Source: Amoebophrya sp. A120
Taxonomy: Eukaryota > Protista > Dinoflagellata
Assembly (NCBI GenBank): GCA_905178155.1
Contig: CAJINV010000003.1
Coordinates: 11,883,105-11,947,104, forward strand
Direction: 5' to 3'
DNA length: 64,000 nt
Positions 24,816 through 36,770 of the stretch are shown one piece after another. Each line of letters begins with the position of its first letter. Position 1 is the stretch's first letter. Position numbers and translations under genes: made by a program. The notes beneath the pieces were generated by a model, which made no database searches, was not told the origin of the DNA, and was given only the letters and a program-made list of their open reading frames with translations.

Positions 24816-26186
24816 TTAAACGTACTTGCGTTGACTTTTGCTTGGTTCATGCATCTGCATAGTAACTTTTGGAAAATGAACTGAATTCAAGACGCTGACG
24901 CAAGAGCGCAACAGAATCAATTACAGAAATGTACGGCTGAAAATGCTTATGATGAGAGGAACAGAGTTGTTGAAATAGAAAATGCACCGGAACAGCGAAA
25001 TGTGGATTTGAAAAAAATCAGTCGAGAAATAATCCGAGCTGAAAACAAGAAACCTCGAGTGATAGAGAAGATGTTCCGGACTCGCTTAGAAAAAAAGCAA
25101 ATAACTGTCGAGAAAAGAATAAAAAAGCGATCGAGCGAGCACGACTCTTCATCCCCAAAAACGCTGCGCGATGAACAAAAATCTGCTGACCGATGAGAAT
25201 GAGAGGAGATCTGTAATGTAAGTTTTTTCATAGTACTGCGATTCGGTATTTCTTTTTGTCCTGATACTGATACCGATACGCCTACGCAATACTAGCCTGG
25301 AGTTGCTGATGAATGGTTGTGAAGCATTGCTTTAGTGAAAACTATTCTTTTACGCCTAATGCAACCCATCAATTTTCAATTGAACCCTCAGGCCCTCGTA
25401 TTTTAGTATTTCCTCCGCGAACAAAAGTTTTCGCTAGTACTCATTCCCCGTTGTTTTTTTTTCTCGAAATTTCCACTGCGCCTCTCAGTGTTCACGTCCC
25501 CGATATTGGGTTCTCTTTGTGTAGAAGCTGCTACCTCAGTTTTGATTGTGACGGGTTTGTATTAATTTTCGTTGTGACGTGAAGGAATAAGCGCGACGCC
25601 GTCTTCGCAAAAGAACGAAAACGCGCGACATAATTTGTAACGCACCTTGAACTTCTACTTCAGACTGATAGATACAAATACTCCATCTAGTACAAGAAAA
25701 GTATCCGCTGCTATCACTTGAAAAGAAAATAAACTGACTGAAACGCCACAATCAACATTGCTCTGGATCAATCGATAGCTGTGTCTCAGAAGTGCAGAAG
25801 TGCAGAGGTATAAAGAAACAGCATTCAATTAGAACGACCTCTGTATCGATTTTGACTTTGTAGTGTCTTTGTCTGCGAACAAAGATACCAACAAATTAAC
25901 AAGCTGCATCGAGGGCAACTACAAGTCCGATTGCAGCAAGCGGCCAGAGAAGTTTATTGTCTTACCCGCGACGGACCGGCGCTTTGCGGTCTAGTCCACA
26001 GCGCGCGTGCCAGTCACGCGACGTCAAGCAGGGAAAACATCTGCGTAATCTACTTGCTAGGAACCCGAACTTCTACTACACCAGGCGGAGGAAATAGTAC
26101 GGCGCAATAGCAGGAGCTTCTTCTGTCAAGCAGGGAGCAGCACTACGAAGTAGTATTAAATCCAGCGATAGAAGAAGTACCATAAA

Positions 26187-29100
26187 ATGGGAGAGCGAAT
26201 GCAGCAAAACCGGGTCTTTGTGACCAAAATTCCGCATGAGCTCAAGGAAGACGACATCCGAGGCTACTTCGAGGGCTTCGGCAAGGTATGCGATTTCTAC
26301 ATGCCAAAACAGCGGGACGGCGAAGTCGAGAAACACAAAGGTTTGTTTGGTTTTTGAGTATAAACAAATATTTGCCGAAATCTAATATCAGAAGTTTATT
26401 CGTCAAAAGAAGAGAGATCCCCGAAAGAAAAAAGAGAGATCCGCCTGTGGTTCCAAAGTTCGATTCATCTTCTGGTTTTGTCTCTCTTGTGAGGAGACGA
26501 GTTCTCTTATTTCGATCTAGAAATTACTATTCCTAAACACGACGTCCAACTCGCCGCACAACTGTTGTTTTTTGCGAAAGATGAAAAACGGGCTCGTGTG
26601 AATTTTTTTCTCTCCGCACGGAAATTCAAACTTCTCGTGCAATTTACAATGATGCAAGATCTGATCCTCCACGATTTTCGATTTGGATTGTGTTTTTCGA
26701 CAATGCTATGAGATGAAGAAGAGTCTTAGCGATAAGAAATGCGAATGAGTAGGGTCGTGAAAAAGAACAAATGCAGTTTTATAATTCCCGCGAGCTAGTA
26801 GCACGTGAGTCGCAGTTATGGAGTAGCCAGGAAAATCTGTACCAAGCGAAAGCAGCGAAGAGGTGCGTGTGACTTGTGAAGCAGCGAGCAGGGGAGATGC
26901 ACTACGAGACCGAGATTCTATATTCTGAAAGCGACAAAGTACGAGAACAGAAGCGAGAGCAGCTCTCTGTGCTTTTCGTTCCGTTTTGCTTCTCGTGTTG
27001 GAGGTGATCGGCGGTATCGCAGACCACGGGGAGATTATAACAGAGTACACCACTGCTGTGAGCGACAGCAGCCTGGTTTTGGTCTGGTCATAATTCGAGG
27101 CTGTGGCTCTTATGTGAAAACAAGAGAACAATCACAGCGCGAGGGTCATCTGCGTCAGAACCCCGCGGGCACCGTCGAGAAGCGAAGCGAAAAGTCGGGG
27201 GAAATAAGCTACGAGTGGAAAAAGGTTCATACCGGCACTGCGAGGAACACCGTATGGGTAGTTGTACTTAGATGCACTTACACCTTATCGGAGAAAGAGT
27301 CAGAGCCAGAGCTGGAGAGTTGGCTTGAATCTCGCTGGACACAGGATCAATCTGAAACTGATTGTGGCAGCGGCCGAGGTCGTGGCTGAGCCTTTTCGAT
27401 CGCAAGATCTTGTGGTGGTTCCAGCTTCTGCTGGACGAGAAGCAGGGTGCGGTTGTGCGCTCTCGTCCTCCGAGAGCAGACCACGTTTGTGCGAAGATGT
27501 ATGGTCGTGATGCTGGTGGGTCTCCTAGTGACTTGCTGTTGTGAGACATACAAACAAGTCTTTGCAAATCATAAAATATCAAAGTAGTGGTCAAGAAGAA
27601 CACAGCGGCAGGGACCTCTACTTACATGTTACGAGCAGCATTCATCGGCATGACCAATTGCAGAGTGATTTGAGAAGCGTTCTCGTTTTTACAAGAACCG
27701 GACAGATTTTGAAGCACCTACTTGCAAAAGAAGACCAAGGTCGTTATCGTGCCTTTCCTTCAGTAGTAAAAGAGCGCATCAACATCATCTTCCGCTCGAT
27801 TCCTTCTCGTTTTCCCAAAAGTCTCTTGCTTTGCGTTGGAAACCAGTTGTGTCTGGCGGCAAGGGAAGATGCCAGACGCGAGGGTCGTGAGACGCGAAAG
27901 CACATCAACTAGGCGCAACGTCCACCTCGCGATGCACGGTGCTGCGAGTGGCAAGCGGCCGGCGCGCCGGCTCTCTGGCGTGAAGGGCAACAGCCAGCCA
28001 CTGCTCAGGACCACATTCATGTCGAAACGAGGGGATGTTGAAACAAAACGGTTCCGCAGTTCTTTTCCGAATGAAGCATCAAGAAAAGTGGGCCATCACC
28101 GTGAGGGTCGTCGTCCGCAGGCGGTGGTCACCAGCAGCTGCTTCACAAGTCACACACACGTCACGCGGCTGGAAATGCGACCTTCTTCGCTTCGTTTGCG
28201 CATTATACTGGTTCGCAAGCGCGGAGGAACTGCAGTAATGGAGATTCGGTTTGAAAAATTCTATCCCTACTAACCTTATTTCCAGGTATGGCCTTTCTCT
28301 CCTTCGAAGAGCCGGTCGACAAGGAACTGATACTGCAGAACGCACCACACCAAATAATGGGCTACGACATAGTAGTCGACGACGCAAAGCCATTACGACA
28401 AGGCGGCGGCAGCAGCTCAGCGAGTGCAATGGACCACTATGGCGGTGGCTATGGCGGCGGCTGGTGGGGAAGCATGTGTACTGACTATTTGACTTTCATT
28501 TTTACACTGTGTGACGAGGCTGGTTTTTTATTTTTCGTGATGTGTACAAAGACAAACAGAAACAAAGTTAAAGTATCGGAGGATCATAGAGAGCTGGTTT
28601 TTGGTCTTTTTGTCACGCTGCTCGTGTACATTAGGCAAACAAAACGACAAAACAGATGATGACTGGATGATGAAGGGCTGGGGAGGCGGTAAAGGTGGCG
28701 GAGGCGGACAAGGCAGCTACACCTCGTCAAATCACCACAACGAGGACGGAAACAGGGTATGATATTGGTCTGTTTGAACTTATTGTGTTGCATAGCACGC
28801 CGGTGCAGTTGCTTTGGGACACTGCATGTGCTTGTGCACTATGAATAGGTGGATGCATGAAATATCATATCGATTATCAGGTATTTGTCACGAGAATTTC
28901 AGAGGACCTCACAAAAGAAGACCTGGAAGCCTACTTCTGCCAGTTCGGAGAGCTCACCGACATATTTGTGCCACTAAAAAACCCAAACTCCGAGCAGAAG
29001 GATTCATCACACAAAGGTACTACACTTCAGTTTCTTTTGACCAATTTTTGGGTAGTTTGAGTTTCATTTTCTGCATCAGAGCCTGGTCCGACATTGATAT

Positions 29101-29693
29101 CAGATCTTTTCGTTTCAACAATTGTTGCAGAAGATTCAGTGTGAAAACAAGCGAAATTCGAAGCAGACCATCTCCATCATGAACACGCGTACAAACTAAT
29201 AAACCCAGGTATCGCCTTCGTCTCTTTCAAGGATAAGGACACCTACGAGGAGGTATTATCCCGTGACAAGTACGAGATAAAGCCAAACGTTTTCATCGTT
29301 GTTGACAAAGCCGCAGGGAAGGAACCAAGATCAAAGGGTGCAATGAAGGGGGCGGGCAAAGCGCACTGGGCCGCCATGATGAAGGGCAAGTATGGCGGAA
29401 AAGGCATGGGCAAGTGGGGCGACTATTACGGTATACTTGTTGATTACAGGACTTTTCAACAAGAAAAGCATGCGGATTTCGGATTTTGGAATAGCATGTA
29501 GTTGTCATTCGACGTCCGGAACTTGATTTTTTTTTGAAATGCGCGATGTATTCAATCGGAATTTGACTTTCTCAAGCAGAATTTGTAAAAGAAAAATCCA
29601 AAATCAGACGACTGGGACTGGTGGTGGGGTCCGCCGATGCCGATGCCCCGAGGCAAGGGAGGCCCAATGATGGACCGCTGGGGACCATACTAG
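26187..29693 (+). CDS. Two-RRM hnRNP A/B/D- or Musashi-like RNA-binding protein, 6 exons, conventional spliceosomal introns
   Basis: Exons 26187-26340, 28286-28471 (or 28477), 28656-28756, 28881-29016, 29209-29430, 29608-29693. RNP2 RVFVTKI / RVFVTRI; RNP1 KGMAFLSF / KGIAFVSF; Gly/Lys/Trp-rich linker and tail ending RWGPY*. Confidence 0.88.
28268..28274 (+). promoter_or_regulatory. Candidate branch point TACTAAC of the 1945-bp GT-AG intron 26341-28285
   Basis: Perfect U2-complementary TACTAAC about 10 nt upstream of the ttccag acceptor. Confidence 0.6.
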
Positions 29694-30862
29694 CCGTATA
29701 CTCATCGTGCTAGACTATTACAAACAGCGAAAAAATTAAAAGTGCGGTTTTTGCAACAGCATCACAAATACCTTTTCTTCCCCCAATAAAAACACAAAGA
29801 TTGTTCCCCCCCTTGATGTTGATTTTTCTCTTTTTTCACTTTTTGAAACGGAAACTGTCATAGTTGAAATTGAATATGTAGGAGTCAGTGTGTTTGGTGG
29901 TAGCAGCACACGATTTTCAATTTTGGTCACAGGAGTAAGATCGAAATTGAAGAGTTTGAGCAACTGTCGACAATACAGTCCCTCCTCTAGAGAATCAGAA
30001 CTACACGATGGATTCTTGCTAACGGAGAGTTTGTGCTAGGTTGTTACTCCTATGTTACCCTTCTCATTTTCAAACAACAGATTAACAAGGATTTCACTGG
30101 CTTTGACTTTTTTGTCTCAGAACTCTTCAGTACCTCGGACGGGAAAAAAAATTTGGCTGGTGAAGAAAGAGACGCCTTTGTGACGCGATTGCGTCTACTT
30201 TGCAAAGGATATTTCGGGCAAAGAAAGCAAGAGATATTTTCTTAAAGATTGCACCAGACGAGAAACTGAAAAGTCGACGCGCAGTGCCGGAGTACTGATC
30301 GTATCGGTTCCTTTATCTGCGCTGTTCTTTTGGTTTTACCTGCGCATGCACTCTTCCCTGTTATTCTTCCCACAGTTTTAATCAAAGTGTTCTTCAAGCC
30401 AAAATAAAAAAAATGGAACTTGACTTAGATCTTTTCTCCGCCGCATTTTGTTTGGCCGCTTGTTTGAGAGTTGCTTCATTTGTCTAGATTGAGAGGGCTG
30501 GCTTCTGCGGCAGAGTTATTTTTTTCCTGAAATATAGCAAGCATGGTGCTAATATGGTTCAACGCGTCCGTTGTTTCACGTTCCGTTCCTGTCGTCTCTT
30601 CAGTTTCTGTCGTCAAAGTTTCTGTCGTTCTTCAACTTTTCGCTTTTCGTTGTTGATCGCACCCGAAGGTAGTACCAGAATACCAGAACCTAACGCTATA
30701 AACCACCACTTTGCTGGGTCTTTTTTGCGATTACATACACCAGAACTACTGAGCTCGATCAGTAACTTAATATAAGTTACTTCATCTACATGCTGATACT
30801 TTTCATGAACTAACCGTTAAGGAGCATCCGTATCTATCGAAGCTGCGAGGAAACGCTGCAAG

Positions 30863-31693
30863 ATGGCTGCTACGGTCCCATACTCCGGGTACGGAGGCCT
30901 GATATGGAAGCCGCGAGACAGTTTGGCGAATCCCAGTGTCGGTAAGTTCAAGTGTATAATGCAGAATCAGGATCGATTTCGATCATGAGCGTGTGTGTGC
31001 ACCATGTGAATTTCAGTTTCTCATGCTAGTGCACTAGCACTTACAACGAACAGCACCTCAAACACTGATCAAAAGGCGACCTCGGCAAGATGCGGTTTGA
31101 CGATAAACACTACCTTCGAGCCTACAACCAATGCCGAGGGCGAGGGATAGCACCCAGTATCTGCATGGAGGCCCTGCCAGGCGACGCACACATCACGCCA
31201 CAAAACCCGCTCCCAACACAGTTTTCGAAGGAAATCGTGGATGCTGTGGAATGTACGAATTTTTCTTGCTCTTGTTTTTATTTGCTTTGTCGTTTATTGT
31301 CATGCTGGCTCTTGGACATGTTGATGAAGATTTTACATAAAAAAACACCACTTGATATCTATGATTCTAGGTATGGCGGACACGGGCGACGTGGAGAGGT
31401 GTCAGCACTATTTCGAAGGGTTGCACAAAAAAGTAAATTTCGTCGAAACCGAGAAACCGGGAACCATTTCAAAAACGGTCGACACAGTCGTGGGCTCGCT
31501 GGGGTTGCTGGGTATTGTAGCTGTTAAGCCGATGCACACTATAGCTCTTTTAGTGTGAGGAAGTATAGATGTAAGAAAGCACTTGCACTGCGTTTCAAGA
31601 GAACATTACCTGCCACTCACTCCAGGTTCCTCAGCACCCTTCGCAGCTGGAGCCGCAGCGTTGTTTTTGCAGGGCCTCCGGTTGAAGTTTTGA
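30863..31693 (+). CDS. Small twin-CX9C protein, likely a myzozoan-specific mitochondrial ATP synthase subunit (resembles T. gondii ATPTG10 from memory)
   Basis: GT-AG exons 30863-30941, 31076-31252, 31371-31511, 31626-31693 give MAATVPYSGYGGLIWKPRDSLANPSVGDLGKMRFDDKHYLRAYNQCRGRGIAPSICMEALPGDAHITPQNP...ECMADTGDVERCQHYF; two C-x9-C motifs and a hydrophobic tail. Confidence 0.75.
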
Positions 31694-33964
31694 TTCATGT
31701 GAGAAACGCAAACAATTACATGCGCATGCCCCAACCATAGGACTCGTTCCGCTGGATGTAGGAAAAATCGAAAGCAGCTTTGTTGCTGGTGAAGACGCAA
31801 GGACGAAGGTTTTTCTCAGAAACGAAATATCAAAAAGGAAACGCTTAGTATGGCTTCATTCAGCGGGTGTTTAGCAACTGCTGCATTTGCAGGAAGGAAG
31901 GCTTTTTATGAGGACTATCTCAGTGCTCATCCCAAATTTGCTGTGTGCGTGTGTGTTCAGTTGAGCCCCTGAGTGCCCTTCTCTTTCTCTCCACGGTCTA
32001 AAGTGCCGACGCGAGTGCAGTTCAAGCGTAGCGCCGTCGGAGCTGCGGCGAACGAATTGCCGGCGCGGGCTGGCTAGTCACTGTCATGCGCTGCCTGTGC
32101 CAGGCGTGTGGCCACAGGGCTGCCGCCGGCCTCGGGCGGGCCCCCCGCGGGATTTTGTTGGAGTGGGGCGCCTAGCAAGATGCTGGAGCAACTGCGCGGG
32201 GCCGCCGCGCCGCGGCCGGAAGCTGAGGCGGAGAGCCGGGCGCCGCGCCTGCGCTGCCACCAATCCCGGCGGGCCCCGCCCGGCGGGCCGCTCTACCGGG
32301 CCATGCGTTGCGTTGGGTGAAATACCCCCGGGCGCCCCGGGGAAACACCCACCGCCCGGGGGCTCCTGGTCGCCAGTTTAGCGGCCGGAAGCTACGTAGA
32401 CGCCGACGAAGATTGATCCCGCGCGGTTCGAAAAACTGCGCCCGGGTTTTGGGTTGAGTCTTGCGGTTGTGCTGTGGAAAAAGAGCAGCAGAGGCGCGGG
32501 ACGCGCGCAGCCGAGGCGTGACCGATTACGTGAACGCACCAGCGGCCGACGGCCAGCCGCTGGGCGACGAGGAAGATCAGCCGGATTTATACAAGCTGAG
32601 GCGCGCACTGTGTGACGAAAAAAAGGCCGCGGCGATCGTGAAAACGCGCGAACAAAGCCGGGGGCGCGCCAGGAAGGCCCGGAGAGAGGGGGCCAAGAAA
32701 CGGCGCGCCCGCCGGCCTTGGAAAGTGCCGCCGGCCGGCCCGGGCGGGCCCGCCGGGGGCGGGCGGAATCAGCCGGGGCGGCGGGCCGGGCCTTCCCGGG
32801 CGCAGATCTACCCGCGTCCAGCAGAATAGCGGCCGCCGGCCTGCGGTTTTCACACCTGGGGCATACGCAAACCGGACGCGAACCGTCGGCCATGCCCCGC
32901 CTCGGTGGTAGCCGAAGCCCGGCCCGCCCCGTCGTGCGTATTATGCCGCCGCAGGCGGCCCGCCTTTCCTTGCGCTGGCCGCCCGATCGGCGGCGCGGCC
33001 GCCCTCTATGAGGCTGCTGCCCCCCTTCTGCCTGTTTCCGGGAATGGGGAATCCGCCACGCGGCGCGGGGCCGCGGCGGGATGTTGGGCCCGGCCCCCGC
33101 ATTGCCCGCGCGCCCGTCCCGGCCCGTGCGCTATCTCCGCCTTGGGGTGTTGCGCTGTCCAGAGACGGCGGGGGCCGCTTCTCGTTTTCTGGCCAAAGGC
33201 GCGCGGGCTTGCTGCGGGGTGCTCGCGCTGCGTGGGCACTTCGCTTTTCTTTGCGCAGTGAGTCCGGGTTGCCCTCGGGCCACGACCGGCACTTACTACC
33301 TCGCTGGCCCATCGTCCCAGCTGAACCTTCCTGATCTCTTTCCCGGCCAGATTTCTGACCGGCCCACATTTTTATCGGAAGGGGGCGGCGCTGCTTGCCT
33401 AAGTAGTTTCTTGCAGTTTATTGCCTTCCCGAAAACACGGGCCATTCTGAATGCGCGCTGCGACCTGAGCTGTTCGACATGTTTTGCAATGCGACTGAGC
33501 GTCTCGAGAAACTTACTTCTCCGAAAATGCGAGATTCATGAAGCACTCAGGCCGCGCAACCAGTTGAGTTCTGTTTACCTTCGTAGCAACCCAGGCGACA
33601 TTTGGAGTCCCGTCTGCAAACAGCATCCTAAAAATGAATACCAATGCTTTGAATCATGCTTGCGGTGCCCTTTTCTATTTCCCCTCTACCTGCACGAGTT
33701 GGAGCACGGTTTCCGGCCGTACGGATCACGCCCAAAAGAAGTAGTCTATTAAATCGCCATCGGTATACGACCACTCTGTTACTCGCTAGCAAGTTGACTA
33801 CTCTAACTCTTCCCTTGTTCTGCATAACAACATTCGCTGAACAGGACATCCCCGACCTTGTTTCGGAGGATATCAAGAACTCGTGCCCCGCAGACCACAT
33901 CGACAATTCGCCACGACAAGACAATTCCTCCTGCAGCCACAAAACAACTACACGCGCAAGCCCC

Positions 33965-35944
33965 ATGGTGAAGCGCGGCGAGCCTAATTTTTCTCCGATC
34001 TGCGATGACGACAGCGAACGGAACGACACCGCGTCATGTAGCCCGCCAGCGAGGAAGAACTCCTCTAAACTAAAATCCACTTTCAATACTACTTCCGAAG
34101 AAAAACATGCAAGATCCTCCTCTCCCATGAAGAACAACTTCTACTCCCTGACCCCTCTCGCCCCGCACTTCGGCGCGGAGATTCACGGGGTAGATTTGCC
34201 GAAACTGATGGCCCAAGAACAGCACCAGACTGGAACTACGGGCGGATCCTCCTCCTCTTCCTCCTCTTCCTCCTCTTCTCCCTACACGGAGTTTTTCACG
34301 CAAGTAAAAGAGGATTTGGTCAAGCACCGCCTCCTCCTCTTCCGCAAGCAGTTCAACTTCACGGGGCAGCAGCAGGTCGACTTCTCGAAACACCTCGGGA
34401 AAATCGAGTCGACGTTTCACATATGCATTGCAAACAAATATGATATCTGGGTCTTGCCCTGCAGTTTTTGCATCTGCAAGAAGTTGTTCTGGGACAATGC
34501 GCGCAGTAGAGCGTATTATACAAAGGCTCTTTCTCATCTACCTGGCCCATAGTCTGTAGGAGAAGCACCATTACTTCGCCCTCGAGCCAAAAATTTCAAA
34601 ATTTGACAGTTTTTGCGGGCTGAGCAACACAGATTGATCTTTCCTGTTGCAGGATCCGCATCACAACTTGGCACGACGATGAAGACATGGAATCTTTTTG
34701 CGGTGCATATCACAAGCACGAGAAGTCCCCGCACTCCGACATTTTTCGCGTTTCCAATATGGGAGTGTCAGAATCGAAATTAACAAAATCGAAATGATTT
34801 GTCATGCATAAAATACATTCCAGCTCGAACCCAGTTTCTAAGTGGCGCATGACAAATTCTGGTGGTGCCTGAATACAATTTGTAATGCTGCTTAGGCAAG
34901 GAAGACTGCTTCTCTCATGCTGCTTTAGCAGCTCGAGCTATAACCCCAAACAGGCTTACAATCGGCCTCACTTGCCTGCTCTGCATCGCACACATTTCGC
35001 GTCATGTATTTTATGCATTACAAATTTTTCGATTTTGTCAATTTCGATCCTGACAGTTCCATATCCAACGACGAGGCGGAGGGGTGTACGAATGTTGGGA
35101 GATCCGGGTGGCACGTGGACGGGACGTTTATGGAGACGCCGTTCTATCCCGTGCAAATATGTCTGGGTCTGGAAGATTCCGAGTTTGTCATGCTAAATCT
35201 CGTCGAAGCAAAAATTGGTGTTGCGTGACCAGGACGAAAAGTCAGCACTTTTGGTGACCAGAAGGCACCATTTCTCATGCGGATTGTGCATCGCGGAGCC
35301 TTCTCAAAACTTGCGATGCTAGAGCCGACAGTCCAGACCTTCTGGGTCATGCGAGAGCTGTATCACAGATCTTGCATCTTCCAGACCCAGACATATTTGC
35401 ACTGGATACGTTCCAGTACCAAACCATGTACTTCGAATCGGTGGCGGAGGGCGGGGACACGCTGTTCATGCCGTTGAAAGAGTTTTACGAACAGCAGACG
35501 ACTGACTGCCGAAATCGCTGGAGCACGCTGTGGATGGTCACCGGGCGGAGGCAAGCGCCGGTGCATCCTCTGGTCTACCAGCACCCCCACCGGAAAGACA
35601 CGACGATGTTGTTTCATTGCGGGGAGCCGTTCTGCAGCGGGTGGCTGCGGGACGATGTGGATCAGAACCGGGGCCAGGAGAGACTTCTCCATCCGCGGAT
35701 CGTGCAAAAGGAGCTGACGGAGAAACTACAGAAGGCGATGGAAGAAAATATAGGGCTGGCGATGAAGTGGCAGAAGGGGGATTTTGCTATCAACGATAAC
35801 CTCGGATTGGCACACTACGCAACCGAGGGTACGCAGGGGGACCCAAGAAGGGCGGGTTTGCGGATTTTGCACCGCACGACGGTTGTTGGCGGGGAAGAAA
35901 CGATTCCGCGAAAAGCGGATGGCCGGAGAAGCTTTTTTCCGTGA
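33965..35944 (+). CDS. TauD/TfdA-family Fe(II)/2-oxoglutarate-dependent dioxygenase, 3 TIR introns
   Basis: LTPLAPHFGAEIHGVDL, HRLLLFRKQ, WHVDGTF (HxD), GGDTLF, WQKGDFAINDNLGLAHYA, RILHRTTV; all joined in frame after removing the elements. Start uncertain (33965 or 34127). Confidence 0.9.
34422..34709. mobile_element. TIR introner, family A (degenerate)
   Basis: tatgcattgcaaac..tctgggtc / ...ttttgcggtgcata; perfect repeat tcaca; frame restored (TFHKHEKSP). Confidence 0.85.
34758..35063. mobile_element. TIR introner, family E (about 60-bp TIR)
   Basis: tatgggagtgtcagaatcgaaattaacaaaatcgaaa..gcataaaataca and its inverse ending ctgacagttccata; perfect repeat tccaa; frame restored (RVSNDEAE). 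Confidence 0.92.
35145..35408. mobile_element. TIR introner, family A
   Basis: tatcccgtgcaaatatgtctgggtctggaagat / atcttccagacccagacatatttgcactggata; perfect repeat cgttc; frame restored (ETPFQYQT). Confidence 0.93.
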
Positions 35945-36770
35945 AAGAATGTACTTAAATGATGTCACGCAGATTACAGAATCTAAGACTCGCAGTTGCA
36001 GTTTGACAATGCTCTGTTGACAAAAACTGCAGGCCCGGTCATTGATAATTGTGGTATAAAAATCCCTTGCCCAGCACGGAGGTGTCGCATTCGTCGTCCA
36101 AAAAAACGGACAAATGGATCTCGATTTAGTACACGTCTTCGCGGGCACGATGTTGAACCAAGTCTGGTGGCTTTAGCGACAGTTTTTAGTGGGGTATTAT
36201 GGGGCTTTGAAGGCAGCTCTATGTGGTTCGCGCATTTGGCCAAAACAACTGAGGGCAAGAATCTGAACATCTCGGAGCGATGACTAGCTGATGTTGGCAA
36301 GACGATCTTGCTAGCCTGGTCTGTAGAAATGTACAATATCTTTCTTCGAACTGGTACTGGTTGTCCCCTACTACAAAGTTGCAAACAGGTTTTGATTTCT
36401 ATAGCAGCAACCGTTTCCATATAAAAAGCACCTCCTTGTTCATCTTTCTGTTCGCTCCTACTTTCGTTGTCGTCGCAATCGCATACGGCTCACGTCGACC
36501 ACCTAATCCAAGATTTTACGCTCGTCAGAGAATACGGACGTTTGTTCACCACTCCAGTGCTTGCTATACGGAAATAAACCTTTTGGTCCAGCAGAACTGC
36601 AAGAAGCAGAGGAGACATTAGCAGTGCGGTTACAGGGCGGGCACCAGGACCAGCATTTGCGGTGCAAGACCTCTGTGAAGAGCTTCGGAAGTAGGGGGCG
36701 GCCTGTTACTACACGCACGGGTTCCGGTTCTATAAGAAGGTGAATACGATCAAGTCAAAACTTGTTCCCC

